64,000 nucleotides of DNA from Candidatus Saccharimonadales bacterium. Its GTDB lineage: Bacteria > Patescibacteriota > Saccharimonadia > Saccharimonadales > DATKHC01. The position numbers and the translations under genes were made by a program. Positions 53,982-63,588 of this stretch are shown piece by piece. The stretch spans positions 1,315 to 65,314 of the forward strand of contig DATKHC010000008.1 of assembly GCA_035510465.1 (NCBI GenBank). The letters are read 5' to 3'. The notes beneath the pieces are model-generated. The model saw only the letters and a program-made list of their open reading frames with translations. It ran no database searches and had not been told where the DNA came from. Within the stretch, counting starts at the first letter, position 1. Each line of letters begins with the position of its first letter.

Positions 53982-54088
53982 AATATAAAATTGGAGTTAG
54001 AATGGCTCAGCCAGAATAAGCAGATTATTTTTTCATTATCGAACGTAGTGGCTATCAAGGATCAGCTATTTATGCGCGTGGCGATGGA

Positions 54089-54811
54089 ATGCGTATAGTC
54101 GAGGCTATAGCACGCGTCTCGTTACTTCATGCAGCTCACCGAGAACCCGGTGAAGCTTATTTCTCAAGCTTTGGTATTGAAGCAGTTTACGATAGCGCTC
54201 GTGCTGAGTTGGCAGGAGATAGCTATGATTTCCCAGGTTCTCCATCAGCCGCACAGCATAGAATACATGCTGACACAGTTGATCTAGCGGAAGTGATGAG
54301 TATCCATAACGCTGACACAGAACTTTTCATGACTCACAAGAATGGTGTATTAGATCAGGTTCGTAGTGGAGTAAGGTCGCCCAGTGATGCTCATAGTGAG
54401 TTTGTGCAACTTACCGAAGACAGAAGGCTGCTGCGAGATGCATCATACCAACGATATGATAAAGATGGGTTGAGACTATCAAACCCCACTAACCGTGAAG
54501 GCGGACGTGAAGAAAAAAGAACACCTACCCTTAGCCTCAGAAGGGTTACGAGAAGTGACTCACGAAAATATATAGATCCAGAGTCTAAAGCAGCTTTATT
54601 TAGTCAAGTAGAGGAAGGCTCCAAAGCACGTAGCGTAGACGTTGTACCGATTAGAAAAGGTAGATATGGAGATATCGATACTCGACGTCCCTTCGTTGGC
54701 GATAAAATGATGGTACATAGGACTTATGGTTATACTAGACCAGGATCTGGCGAGTTCGTCCCCGTCTTAACAAAACTATCAAACGAACACCCAGCCTTGA
54801 AAGCTAAATAG
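54089..54811 (+). CDS. hypothetical Arg-rich protein
   Basis: 240-aa ORF whose second half is basic and low-complexity. No motif recognised. Confidence 0.5.
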   Translation: MRIVEAIARVSLLHAAHREPGEAYFSSFGIEAVYDSARAELAGDSYDFPGSPSAAQHRIHADTVDLAEVMSIHNADTELFMTHKNGVLDQVRSGVRSPSDAHSEFVQLTEDRRLLRDASYQRYDKDGLRLSNPTNREGGREEKRTPTLSLRRVTRSDSRKYIDPESKAALFSQVEEGSKARSVDVVPIRKGRYGDIDTRRPFVGDKMMVHRTYGYTRPGSGEFVPVLTKLSNEHPALKAK

Positions 54812-54821
54812 GCCTTTATAT

Positions 54822-54844
54822 GGTTCTGAAATCGGTCGGGAGAC
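54822..54844. repeat. 23-nt dispersed repeat, copy 2 (GGTTCTGAAATCGGTCGGGAGAC)
   Basis: 22/23 identical to 320-342. Confidence 0.7.
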
Positions 54845-54881
54845 TGTACAGATTTTGCGGCTTAACGCACTCTAACTAAAG

Positions 54882-54911
54882 AACAGCTAAAAACCGTGGC
54901 TTTTAGCTGTT
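54882..54911. terminator. bidirectional terminator hairpin between convergent genes
   Basis: AACAGCTAAAA-accgtggc-TTTTAGCTGTT (11-bp stem, 8-nt loop), located between ORF 54089-54811 (+) and the PBP gene (-). Confidence 0.6.
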
Positions 54912-54924
54912 GCTTTATTTAGCG

Positions 54925-57900
54925 CTAGTCCTGAATCGTAGATGCAGGTGTTGTGTAGCCTGTGTTGGTGTCAGTTACGGTTACGCTGTAACTTTGGCCT
55001 GATACCAAACCGTTGACTTGACAGCTAGTTGCAGATGCTGGGCTTGGGACGCAAGTCGGATTGCCTGCTCCTGTGACTGAAACTGTGTAGCTACCGCTAC
55101 TATCAGAGCTTGACCAACTTACTGTTGACCCAGCTGAGGTGATAGTAAGTACATTTATAGCTGATGTTTTCCCCGAGTCTAATACACTGTCTACGACCTG
55201 CGCTACGACCGTATGGGTACCTGAACCGGGGGAGTAGTTGAAGGAACAGGTACCGGTTACACTTGCAGGCGGTGGGTTTGCAGTTGGATCTGGGCTAAAT
55301 GAGCAATTAGCGGCCTGAGATGCTCCGTCTACGAGTATATTGACCGTTAATGGGAACGTGGCGGCAGACAGTGGATGCGCACCTTGCGTGATACTGACAT
55401 CCAAAGTACAAGAACTTCCGCTACAAGCTGGGTTCCCATTCAGGATTGATATGGCTGGCTGGGCTTCGCCACATTGGTGAATATCATCATACTGTGTAGG
55501 CACCGAAGTATTGGTAGAAACAGTGGTGCCAATTGGCCAGAAGAGGTCTATTGAGAACTTGCCGGTATTTTGTCCGTTAAGGGTTTGCCTAGCAAGGGCG
55601 GGCGTACAACTGGTAGCCAGAAGATTAGACACTTTATCAATAATCACAGAACTTGAACTACTCCCGCTGGGCTCCTGATACCAAGAAGGATAAAGGTCGG
55701 TGCTCGGTCCTGGTTCGACGTCTCCGTAGTCTATATGAGCTGTTTGTTGATAAGCCGGCAGTACCTTGATTCCCGCTGGCTGTGTCCAGTTAATCGGCTT
55801 CTCGTTTAACATTGAAAGCGCATCTTGCATGAATGTACGGGTCATTGGTTCTGTAAGAACTTCCGATAGACCTGCGGTCAGAGCAACGTTCCTACTGTGA
55901 TAACCAGCCCAGCTAACAACCGAATACTGCGTAGTCCAGGCCGTCATTAACGCATCAAATTCGTTGTTGGTTGTGCCTGTCTTTACCGCTATATTCCAAC
56001 CTTTATAAGATTGGAATTTCTGAGATGAAGGTAGGTATGAAGCGTTTGGATCATCAAGCATATTATTCATGATGTATGCAGTGTCCGGCTTTATAACCTG
56101 CGTTCCTTTTGGTTGAGTCCAATTGTAGACCACCTTATTCTGTGCATCGGTTATCTTAAGAATAAAGGTCTGTGGTATGGCTACTCCCATTCGACCTAAT
56201 GTGGCCAGACCATTGGCGTGCTCGGCTAGCGTAAGGTAGGCTCCGTCGCCTATTGCAGAAGAGGAATAGCACTGGGTAGGATCTGTTAAGCCAACATCTG
56301 AGTAGCATTGATAGGCGTTTGGTACATCCATCATAGAGTCGGCTGTTGATATGACCTTGTTGATTGACGGTACGCATCCAGCCAGGATATCTTCCTCGCA
56401 TTGGGCATTTGGGACTACTGATAGCATGGACTTTACCGCAGGTATATTTCGTGAACCTGCTAAGGCGTAACGGAGTTCTTCGGCCCCTGGATATTTGAAG
56501 TCGTAGTCCTCTAGACAGTTTCCTCCGTCTAAAGGCTGCAGACTGCCGGTAGTGCAGGGATAACCGGGGATTGGTTCTTTAACGTCATAAATAAGTGAAC
56601 CAGCCCCAACGTTATCTGTATCATTGATAAGCGTTGAGTAGTCATAGGGCTTAAAGCTCGAACCCGGCGGTATCGGTGCCTCAGCGTAGTTGATCTGTCC
56701 ATACTGCGGGTTATTGAAATTGACACCACCAACTAGGGCATCGACTTGTCCTGTTTGGGTGCTCTCGGCCACCATTGCCTCCTCGTCGCCGTGATTTTCT
56801 TCTACCAGAGGAAGGTTCTTTTGGACAAGGCTATTAGCAATATTTTGTAGGGGTACGTTAAGAGTGGTAATGACTTTCCATCCACCACGGTCAACCGTTG
56901 CAGCCCCGTATTCCTTTTCTAGTTGTTGTTTAGCGGATAAGACGAAGTAGGGGTCTATGATTCCTGTGTATTTGTTCTCTAGTGGTTGCACTTCGGCTAA
57001 AACGTTAACTTGCTTAGCGGCATTGGCCTGGGCTGTAGTTATATAGCCCTGTTTGGCCATTTGATCAAGAACGTACTGTTGACGAGTTATTAGCGCTTGT
57101 TCTCCGAAATCATTCTCGGTTGCCGCTGAGTTGAACTGTGGGCTACTGTAGGGTGAATAGTAGGTAGGTGCTTGGGGAATAGCTGCAAGCATGGCCGATT
57201 GAGCTAGCGTAAGTTGGCTAGCCGGTTCATTAAAATAATCTTCCGCGGCAGTCTGTACACCATAGTCGACTCCACCATAGGGGGCTATATTAAGATACCC
57301 AGTCAGGATGTCGCTCTTGCTATACTGCCTTTCAAGCTCAACCGCTAAAATAACTTCCTTTATCTTTGCTCCAATCGTTCTACTACCGTTTAGACCAGCG
57401 TTAAGCTTAACCAGCTGTTCGGTAATAGTCGAAGCGCCTTGCAAACCACCACCACTACCTCCAAATACGTCGTGCAGTCCAGCACGGACAATACCGCTGA
57501 CACTAACCGCCCCTTCGTGGTAAAAGTTCTTGTCTTCAATGGCAACAGTAGCCTGTTTCATGTAGGGTGATATGTTATTCCCAGCTACTGGAACGCGCTT
57601 TATGGCATCGTAATCTTGCCATAGGAGAACCTGTCCAGTTCTGTCGTAATAGCTGATACTACCTCCTAGATTCTGGCCATAAATGTTGTTAATTGCCGGC
57701 AGGTCTTTTCTCAGGTATGCGCCAAGTCCAACAAGTAAAATAAATAAAGCAACAATACTGATACCAGCAACCTTAAGCGCCATAATTGCGCCTTCTTTAC
57801 TAAACCAGTATTCGTACAGATTCTTAGGCCTTAACCTATAGAGGAATCGTTTAAGATGCGCTTTTGGAGAACCTGCCAAACGGGTGGCTTTGTGCTTTAG

Positions 57901-58047
57901 TAGGTTGTCTCGCCAGCCAGTTAAGCGTTCGGATACATTCCTGTTGATTCTTATGTTCTGACCACTCCTGGTTTTATACGTGTTTTTACTCACGCGAGAG
58001 CGCGATGAGGTTGCACGTTTTCTTGTCCTAGGGCCAGTACTAGCCAT
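54925..58047 (-). CDS. class A penicillin-binding protein (glycosyltransferase + transpeptidase) with a long Cys-paired C-terminal beta-rich extension
   Basis: GT51 motifs (EDKNFYHEG, GASTITEQLVK). Transpeptidase motifs SSFK, SRN and KTGT. N-terminal basic tail plus a TM segment. Confidence 0.9.
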   Translation of the reverse strand: MASTGPRTRKRATSSRSRVSKNTYKTRSGQNIRINRNVSERLTGWRDNLLKHKATRLAGSPKAHLKRFLYRLRPKNLYEYWFSKEGAIMALKVAGISIVALFILLVGLGAYLRKDLPAINNIYGQNLGGSISYYDRTGQVLLWQDYDAIKRVPVAGNNISPYMKQATVAIEDKNFYHEGAVSVSGIVRAGLHDVFGGSGGGLQGASTITEQLVKLNAGLNGSRTIGAKIKEVILAVELERQYSKSDILTGYLNIAPYGGVDYGVQTAAEDYFNEPASQLTLAQSAMLAAIPQAPTYYSPYSSPQFNSAATENDFGEQALITRQQYVLDQMAKQGYITTAQANAAKQVNVLAEVQPLENKYTGIIDPYFVLSAKQQLEKEYGAATVDRGGWKVITTLNVPLQNIANSLVQKNLPLVEENHGDEEAMVAESTQTGQVDALVGGVNFNNPQYGQINYAEAPIPPGSSFKPYDYSTLINDTDNVGAGSLIYDVKEPIPGYPCTTGSLQPLDGGNCLEDYDFKYPGAEELRYALAGSRNIPAVKSMLSVVPNAQCEEDILAGCVPSINKVISTADSMMDVPNAYQCYSDVGLTDPTQCYSSSAIGDGAYLTLAEHANGLATLGRMGVAIPQTFILKITDAQNKVVYNWTQPKGTQVIKPDTAYIMNNMLDDPNASYLPSSQKFQSYKGWNIAVKTGTTNNEFDALMTAWTTQYSVVSWAGYHSRNVALTAGLSEVLTEPMTRTFMQDALSMLNEKPINWTQPAGIKVLPAYQQTAHIDYGDVEPGPSTDLYPSWYQEPSGSSSSSVIIDKVSNLLATSCTPALARQTLNGQNTGKFSIDLFWPIGTTVSTNTSVPTQYDDIHQCGEAQPAISILNGNPACSGSSCTLDVSITQGAHPLSAATFPLTVNILVDGASQAANCSFSPDPTANPPPASVTGTCSFNYSPGSGTHTVVAQVVDSVLDSGKTSAINVLTITSAGSTVSWSSSDSSGSYTVSVTGAGNPTCVPSPASATSCQVNGLVSGQSYSVTVTDTNTGYTTPASTIQD

Positions 58048-58174
58048 GAGTTTAGATACTCTCCCTGTTAAATATCCATAATCGTTTAGATACGGCTTAT
58101 TATAACAAAAATCATCGGACTTAAAGCTGTAAAATAGCTGGTGAATGGACCCGATTCATTTATAATGATCAAAA

Positions 58175-59395
58175 ATGGCTATGACACTATCTGAAGAACT
58201 AAAATGGCGGGGTTTTGTTAATCAGACTACTTATAAAGATTTGTCTGAAATTGATCACAAACCACCCAAGTTTTATCACGGCTATGACGGCTCAGCCGAT
58301 AGCCTAACCATCGGGAATCTGGCAGCAGTTATGATGGATCGCTGCTTCATTCGACATGGAGCCCAAGCTTTCGGCTTAGCAGGAGGAGCGACCAGTTTAG
58401 TAGGAGACCCCGGCGGTAAAGACAGTGAAAGAGAGCTTAAGTCTGAAGCAGAAGTTCGCGCAAATGTAGCCAAAATCCATAAGCAGTTAGCGCATCTTCT
58501 CGGACCAAAAGCGAAGATGGTCAATAACCTGGATTGGTTTCGTGACATGAATGTACTTCATTTCCTGCGCGACGTCGGTAAACATTTTTCGATAACGAAT
58601 CTAATACAAAAAGATTTTATAGCCACACGGATCGGAAAAGAGGGCTCCGGCATAAGCTATGCCGAGTTTAGCTATAGTCTTTTACAAGGCTACGATTTTC
58701 TTTACCTCTTTAAAACCTACGGTGTTAGTTTACAACTGGCTGGTAGTGATCAATGGGGTAATAGTCTATCGGGCGTTGATCTAATTAGACGAGTCGAGAA
58801 CAAAATAGTTAACGTCCTGACTTGCCCACTGATCATAAATGCTTCAACAGGTGTTAAGTTTGGCAAGAGTGAGCAAGGAGCAGTCTGGCTTGATCCCGAA
58901 AAGACCCCAGTTCTCCAGTTTTATCAGATCTGGATTAACCTTGATGATAAAGGAATAGACAGTTATCTAAAGGTATTTACCGAACTTAGCAAGGCTGAGA
59001 TAGACGAAGTGGTTAAAAAACATAATGAAAATCCAGCCCGCCGTCACGGTCAACACACGCTTGCTCGATTAGTAACTGAGCTAGTGCACGGAGAAAAACA
59101 GGCTGAACTAGCTGTTTCCCAAACCGAACAGTTAAAAGGCAGCGCAGTCGTGGACGCACCCTCAGACGTTATGAGTATTAAATTACCATCTTTGATAGTT
59201 GATGTTATGGTTGATGCAAAATTGTCATCCTCGAAAAGTGAAGCAAGGCGCCTTCTGGGCAGCGGGGCTGTCTACTTAAACGATACCGTTACCGAGAAAG
59301 ACAGCTTGAGCGAATCAGATTTCAGAGGTGGTTTTTTAAGACTCCGGAAGGGTAAGTCGATCGCAAATAGTGTTCTTTTAAGATTAGATAGCTAA
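58175..59395 (+). CDS. tyrS: tyrosine--tRNA ligase (HIGH motif reads TIGN)
   Basis: Collinear with bacterial TyrRS (WRGFVNQTT, GGATSLVGDP, GSDQWGN, KFGKS) and has a C-terminal S4 domain. Confidence 0.9.
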   Translation: MAMTLSEELKWRGFVNQTTYKDLSEIDHKPPKFYHGYDGSADSLTIGNLAAVMMDRCFIRHGAQAFGLAGGATSLVGDPGGKDSERELKSEAEVRANVAKIHKQLAHLLGPKAKMVNNLDWFRDMNVLHFLRDVGKHFSITNLIQKDFIATRIGKEGSGISYAEFSYSLLQGYDFLYLFKTYGVSLQLAGSDQWGNSLSGVDLIRRVENKIVNVLTCPLIINASTGVKFGKSEQGAVWLDPEKTPVLQFYQIWINLDDKGIDSYLKVFTELSKAEIDEVVKKHNENPARRHGQHTLARLVTELVHGEKQAELAVSQTEQLKGSAVVDAPSDVMSIKLPSLIVDVMVDAKLSSSKSEARRLLGSGAVYLNDTVTEKDSLSESDFRGGFLRLRKGKSIANSVLLRLDS

Positions 59396-59417
59396 TGTAT
59401 ACTAGTTGTTTGTTGAT

Positions 59418-60191
59418 ATGACCGAAAAACCCAAAACTTCAAAAAGACGGGCTGATCAGTACGATGATCCAGACTATAACTACCGCGATTACTGGCAAGG
59501 CCGGGAGTATGAAAACGCATCCGAAGAACTAGCGATAGCCAGATTACTAAAAGGTAAGAAGTTTAAACATGCTGTCGACATCGGTGGCGGGTTCGGAAGA
59601 CTCAGTCTACTTCTTGAAGATTACGCAAAGAAAGTTACTCTGGCTGAGCCTTCAGCTAAACAGCTTAAACTGGCCTCAGACTACTTAAAAGACCATCACA
59701 ACATTGAGCAAATGAAGCTTCAGGCTGATGATCTCAGATTCGCTGATGATTCAATAGATCTTATATTGATGGTTCGAGTGATGCATCACCTACCAGATCC
59801 GAGTAGTGAATTTAAGGAATTGGCTAGAATTCTGTCACCCGATGGATTTTTAATTTTAGAACTAGCTAACTACACCCACTTCAGGAATAGAATTAAACAC
59901 TCTTTGAAGCTCAAACCTTTCCCCAAGGAACCTGTGAGTATCAGAACTAACCTAAAGCGTAGTGACGACGTAGCTTTCGTTAATCACAACCCTAGAACTG
60001 TGATAAAGCAGCTGTCTCATGAGGGACTTAAAGTGGTCAAAACACTGTCAGTATCGAATTTACGCAGTCCTCGGCTAAAAGCAATGCTTCCGGTAGCGCT
60101 AATGTTGCGAGGAGAAAAGATTCTTCAGCCAAGGCTGGCTTGGTTTTATTTTGGTCCGAGCGTCTTCCTTCTGGTGAAGAAAGCCAAGTAA
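59418..60191 (+). CDS. class I SAM-dependent methyltransferase
   Basis: Motif I is VDIGGGFGRL, followed by an acidic post-I loop and a DLILMVRVMHHL motif. Confidence 0.75.
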   Translation: MTEKPKTSKRRADQYDDPDYNYRDYWQGREYENASEELAIARLLKGKKFKHAVDIGGGFGRLSLLLEDYAKKVTLAEPSAKQLKLASDYLKDHHNIEQMKLQADDLRFADDSIDLILMVRVMHHLPDPSSEFKELARILSPDGFLILELANYTHFRNRIKHSLKLKPFPKEPVSIRTNLKRSDDVAFVNHNPRTVIKQLSHEGLKVVKTLSVSNLRSPRLKAMLPVALMLRGEKILQPRLAWFYFGPSVFLLVKKAK

Positions 60192-60209
60192 TCTATACTT
60201 AAACTTAGA

Positions 60210-62243
60210 ATGAATCTAAGTGATGAGCTAGTAAGCTTAAAGGGTATTGGACCCGCTCTGAGCCAAAAGTTTTTAAAAATTGGTTTAGTTAACGTCGATG
60301 ATTTAGTCAATTACTTTCCTAGGCGCTACTCGGATTTTTCTAACGTAGTTGAAATAGCCAGCACTAAACCGGGTGATATCACGGTAGTTGGGAAAATTCA
60401 TCAGGTAACAGGTCGGTATAGCCGAAGAGGACTACATATAACTGAAGCTATAGTGTCTGATAAAACCGGTAGCTTGCGGCTAATTTGGTTTAACCAACAC
60501 TACCGAAAAGATTCCATTAGCTCTAACAAAGAGTACTTTGTATCCGGAGACTTTGGTTTACATGGAAAAAGTATGAGTCTAATCAACCCGGCGGTTGAGT
60601 TGGTGTCAAACTTTCCAGTTAGTACCGCCAGGATTCTCTCGATCTATAGGGAAACTAAAGGCTTGAATTCTAATCAGATCAGACAAGCCATCAAAGCAGC
60701 TCTCCCTTATTTTGAACAAATTGAGGAAATATTACCCGATTGGATAATCTCGCGCTACGACCTGATGCCAAGAGCCGAAGCCCACCGGCAGATACACTTC
60801 CCAAAAGATCAGAAAACTCTAGAAAAAGCTCGGTTCCGGTTAGGTTTCGAGGAAGTATTTGAACTATGCCTGAGCAGTCTGCTGGCAAAGGCTGAGATTA
60901 AAAAACAAGTTGCCGTCCCGTTTAAATTTGACGAAACAATAGCTAAAAAGTTTGTAAATCAGCTACCTTTTAAATTAACGGACGAGCAAAAACGTGTGGT
61001 TTGGCAGATTTATCAAGATATCGGTAAATCAACTCCGATGAATAGATTAGTAGAGGGTGACGTTGGTACAGGTAAGACGGTTGTATCGTCTATGGCGGCT
61101 CTTATGGTCCTGCACAGTGGTTATTCCGTAGCCTTTATGGCCCCTACTGAACTTTTAGCCAGACAACATGCAAATACGATAGCTAACTTGCTTAAAAATC
61201 TAGACATGGATAAATATGTCAGCTTACTGTTGGGAAGTCTGAACCCTAAGCAAAAGATTCTAGCGCTAGAACATTTGAAAAGTACCGATATGTCGATTGT
61301 TATTGGCACCCATGCTCTTATTCAAGAAGGTGTTGATATAACTAAGTTAGGTCTAGTGATTATCGATGAGCAACATAGATTTGGCGTAAAGCAAAGACAA
61401 GCGCTGCTTAAGAAAATTGGCTATATGCCGCATCTTCTGTCGATGAGCGCCACTCCAATACCTCGATCCTTGCAATTGGTTGTATTTGGGGAGTTAGATG
61501 TCTCGCGCATTAAACACAAACCATATGAGTCCAAACAAATTAACACACAGATATACAAACAAAATAAAAGATTGAAGATGTATCAACTAGTAGCAAAAGA
61601 ACTAGACCAAGGAAACCAGGCCTTTATAGTATGTCCACATATTTCTAGGGATTCACAGATTAAGTTAGCTTCTGCTGAGGCTATTTACGAGGAACTAACG
61701 AAGGGACCACTCAAGTCATACAGGATAGGATTACTGCACGGAAAACAGAAAAAGGACGAGCAAGACAAGGTTATGCAGGATTTCGTAGATCATCATCTCG
61801 ATGCCATTGTCTCAACAACTATAGTTGAGGTTGGCGTGGATGTCCCTAATGCCTCTGTAATGGTTATTGAGGCTGCCGAGAGGTTTGGTTTGGCTCAGAT
61901 CCATCAATTAAGAGGCAGAGTTGGCAGAAGCGATATTCAAGGTCACTGCTTTCTAGTTATAGCTGACGACAATCAACCTAGTCCTAGAATTAGAGCTCTT
62001 GAACAGTCAAGCGATGGCTTTAGATTAGCTGAGTTAGATCTGAAACTTAGGGGGCCAGGGGCTATTTATGGTACAGCTCAGCATGGAATTTTGGATCTTC
62101 GGATAGCTCAGCTAGATGATGAAGACCTAATTTATAGTGCTAAACAAGCCGCCACAGAATTTATAGATAAAGACAATTTGTTACAATATGATCAGCTCAG
62201 TAAACGAGTTGCGCAGATTAGAAGCGTGACCAATCTAAACTAA
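60210..62243 (+). CDS. recG: ATP-dependent DNA helicase RecG
   Basis: Wedge/OB N-domain, GDVGTGKT, DEQHRFG, and QLRGRVGR at the C-terminal helicase motif VI. Confidence 0.95.
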   Translation: MNLSDELVSLKGIGPALSQKFLKIGLVNVDDLVNYFPRRYSDFSNVVEIASTKPGDITVVGKIHQVTGRYSRRGLHITEAIVSDKTGSLRLIWFNQHYRKDSISSNKEYFVSGDFGLHGKSMSLINPAVELVSNFPVSTARILSIYRETKGLNSNQIRQAIKAALPYFEQIEEILPDWIISRYDLMPRAEAHRQIHFPKDQKTLEKARFRLGFEEVFELCLSSLLAKAEIKKQVAVPFKFDETIAKKFVNQLPFKLTDEQKRVVWQIYQDIGKSTPMNRLVEGDVGTGKTVVSSMAALMVLHSGYSVAFMAPTELLARQHANTIANLLKNLDMDKYVSLLLGSLNPKQKILALEHLKSTDMSIVIGTHALIQEGVDITKLGLVIIDEQHRFGVKQRQALLKKIGYMPHLLSMSATPIPRSLQLVVFGELDVSRIKHKPYESKQINTQIYKQNKRLKMYQLVAKELDQGNQAFIVCPHISRDSQIKLASAEAIYEELTKGPLKSYRIGLLHGKQKKDEQDKVMQDFVDHHLDAIVSTTIVEVGVDVPNASVMVIEAAERFGLAQIHQLRGRVGRSDIQGHCFLVIADDNQPSPRIRALEQSSDGFRLAELDLKLRGPGAIYGTAQHGILDLRIAQLDDEDLIYSAKQAATEFIDKDNLLQYDQLSKRVAQIRSVTNLN

Positions 62244-62300
62244 AACTTTTTGGTAGTTATGTATTCAGGACTTACACTTACTAAATATTCGGGGAGAATA

Positions 62301-63089
62301 ATGGGTGCTCATCAGAAGATAGATAGAGCTGCCCGAAAACAACTGACGGAGATCATTAAAAACGATAAAATCTTCCCTGGTACTAAGGCAATCTTACAAT
62401 TTGAAGGTAAAAACGGACCTGACGCAATAAAACGCAAGTCTCCTTCTCGGGATGAACCTTGGCATTACTACAGTCCTTTTGATAATGAAGATTCACAGCT
62501 AATCGAACTAATAAAAGATCACTATAAACAGCTAGTTAATGAACTAAAGCAAAAAAATGCTGAGCGAACAGCTTTTGAAGCCGCTTGGCTGGCTCATGCA
62601 TTAGTTGATGGACTAACGCCGGCTCATCACTATCCATATGAGCAAAAATTAGTTGAGTTAAGTGGCGGGCAGGATATTCTTGATCGAACTACGATTTTTA
62701 CTAAATGGGTCCTCCCCGGAATCAATACTAGGCAACGAGTTAAAAATAACTGGAAAATGTGGGGCCCAAAAGGACTAATTACTACTCATGGATTGTTTGA
62801 ACTAGGTGTAGCGCTGCTTATGATGCCTTTATCGTTTGAAGACGCTACTCCGTCGAAAGAAGAACTAAAAGAACTTAGTGAAATCGGTCTAATCAGTTGG
62901 TTTATTAATACTGCCCGGGAAATTGCAGTTATCGATATATATGATATTTATTATAGAAAAGGTTGGACCCCCAAACTGGCCAGGATAGTTAGAAATAAAC
63001 TTGGTCCATCAATTGTCAAAACTGTAACTCTTGCCTGGTATTCTGCTCTTTTAGAAGCGGGTTTAGTTAAATCTACCAATACGAAGTAG
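62301..63089 (+). CDS. hypothetical protein (possible Zn-dependent phospholipase C/P1-nuclease-like helical fold; weak)
   Basis: A strong SD (ggggag) lies 4 nt before ATG 62301. His-rich landmarks are MGAHQKID, HALVDGLTPAHHYPY and TTHGLFE. Confidence 0.5.
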   Translation: MGAHQKIDRAARKQLTEIIKNDKIFPGTKAILQFEGKNGPDAIKRKSPSRDEPWHYYSPFDNEDSQLIELIKDHYKQLVNELKQKNAERTAFEAAWLAHALVDGLTPAHHYPYEQKLVELSGGQDILDRTTIFTKWVLPGINTRQRVKNNWKMWGPKGLITTHGLFELGVALLMMPLSFEDATPSKEELKELSEIGLISWFINTAREIAVIDIYDIYYRKGWTPKLARIVRNKLGPSIVKTVTLAWYSALLEAGLVKSTNTK

Positions 63090-63144
63090 ACTTGATGTAC
63101 TGATCTGGTTTTTTAAAGCAATAACCAGTAGAATTGTTAAGATT

Positions 63145-63228
63145 GGGCAAGTGGTGGAATGGTAGACACGCATGCCTTAGGAGCATGTGCCGCAAGGCGT
63201 GGAGGTTCAAGTCCTCTCTTGCCCACCA
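63145..63228 (+). tRNA. tRNA-Leu (anticodon UAG)
   Basis: 84-nt type II tRNA. Acceptor GGGCAAG/CUUGCCC, anticodon loop CU-UAG-GA, long variable arm UGCCGCAAGGCGU, T loop UUCAAGU and an encoded CCA. Confidence 0.9.
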
Positions 63229-63315
63229 GAGCGGACTTTGTGGAATAACAGAAAACTATTGACATAGTTAATCTTAAAACGTACACTATTAGCATAATTA
63301 AAAGGATAGTAGTAT

Positions 63316-63588
63316 ATGACAACCGTAACTGCCAAAAAATTACGAGATAATTTAAGTGAGTATTTGGATCGACTTGAAAAAGGTGAAGAAATCATCATAA
63401 TTCGACATTCAGAAGTAGTCGGTTCCCTTAAGCCAGTCAATTTGTCGGGCAATTCAAATGGTCAGGCAATTGCCGCTATGCTAGAGCGCAATACTAATTT
63501 CTTTAAAGCTAATACTCGCCTAACGTCAAACGATGTGTCTAGTAAAGACCTTTATAAACATGCGCTTGATGAAAAATACGGTTTATGA
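63316..63588 (+). CDS. Phd/YefM-type antitoxin
   Basis: N-terminus VTAKKLRDNLSEYLDRLEKGEEIIIIRH is typical of this family. ATGA overlap with the PIN gene. Confidence 0.7.
   Translation: MTTVTAKKLRDNLSEYLDRLEKGEEIIIIRHSEVVGSLKPVNLSGNSNGQAIAAMLERNTNFFKANTRLTSNDVSSKDLYKHALDEKYGL

Noticed and set aside
63137-63452. Two reverse-strand ORFs (63137-63322 and 63207-63452) across tRNA-Leu and the antitoxin start.
   Set aside because: They overlap a confidently folded tRNA and the Phd/YefM-like gene, so they are spurious.
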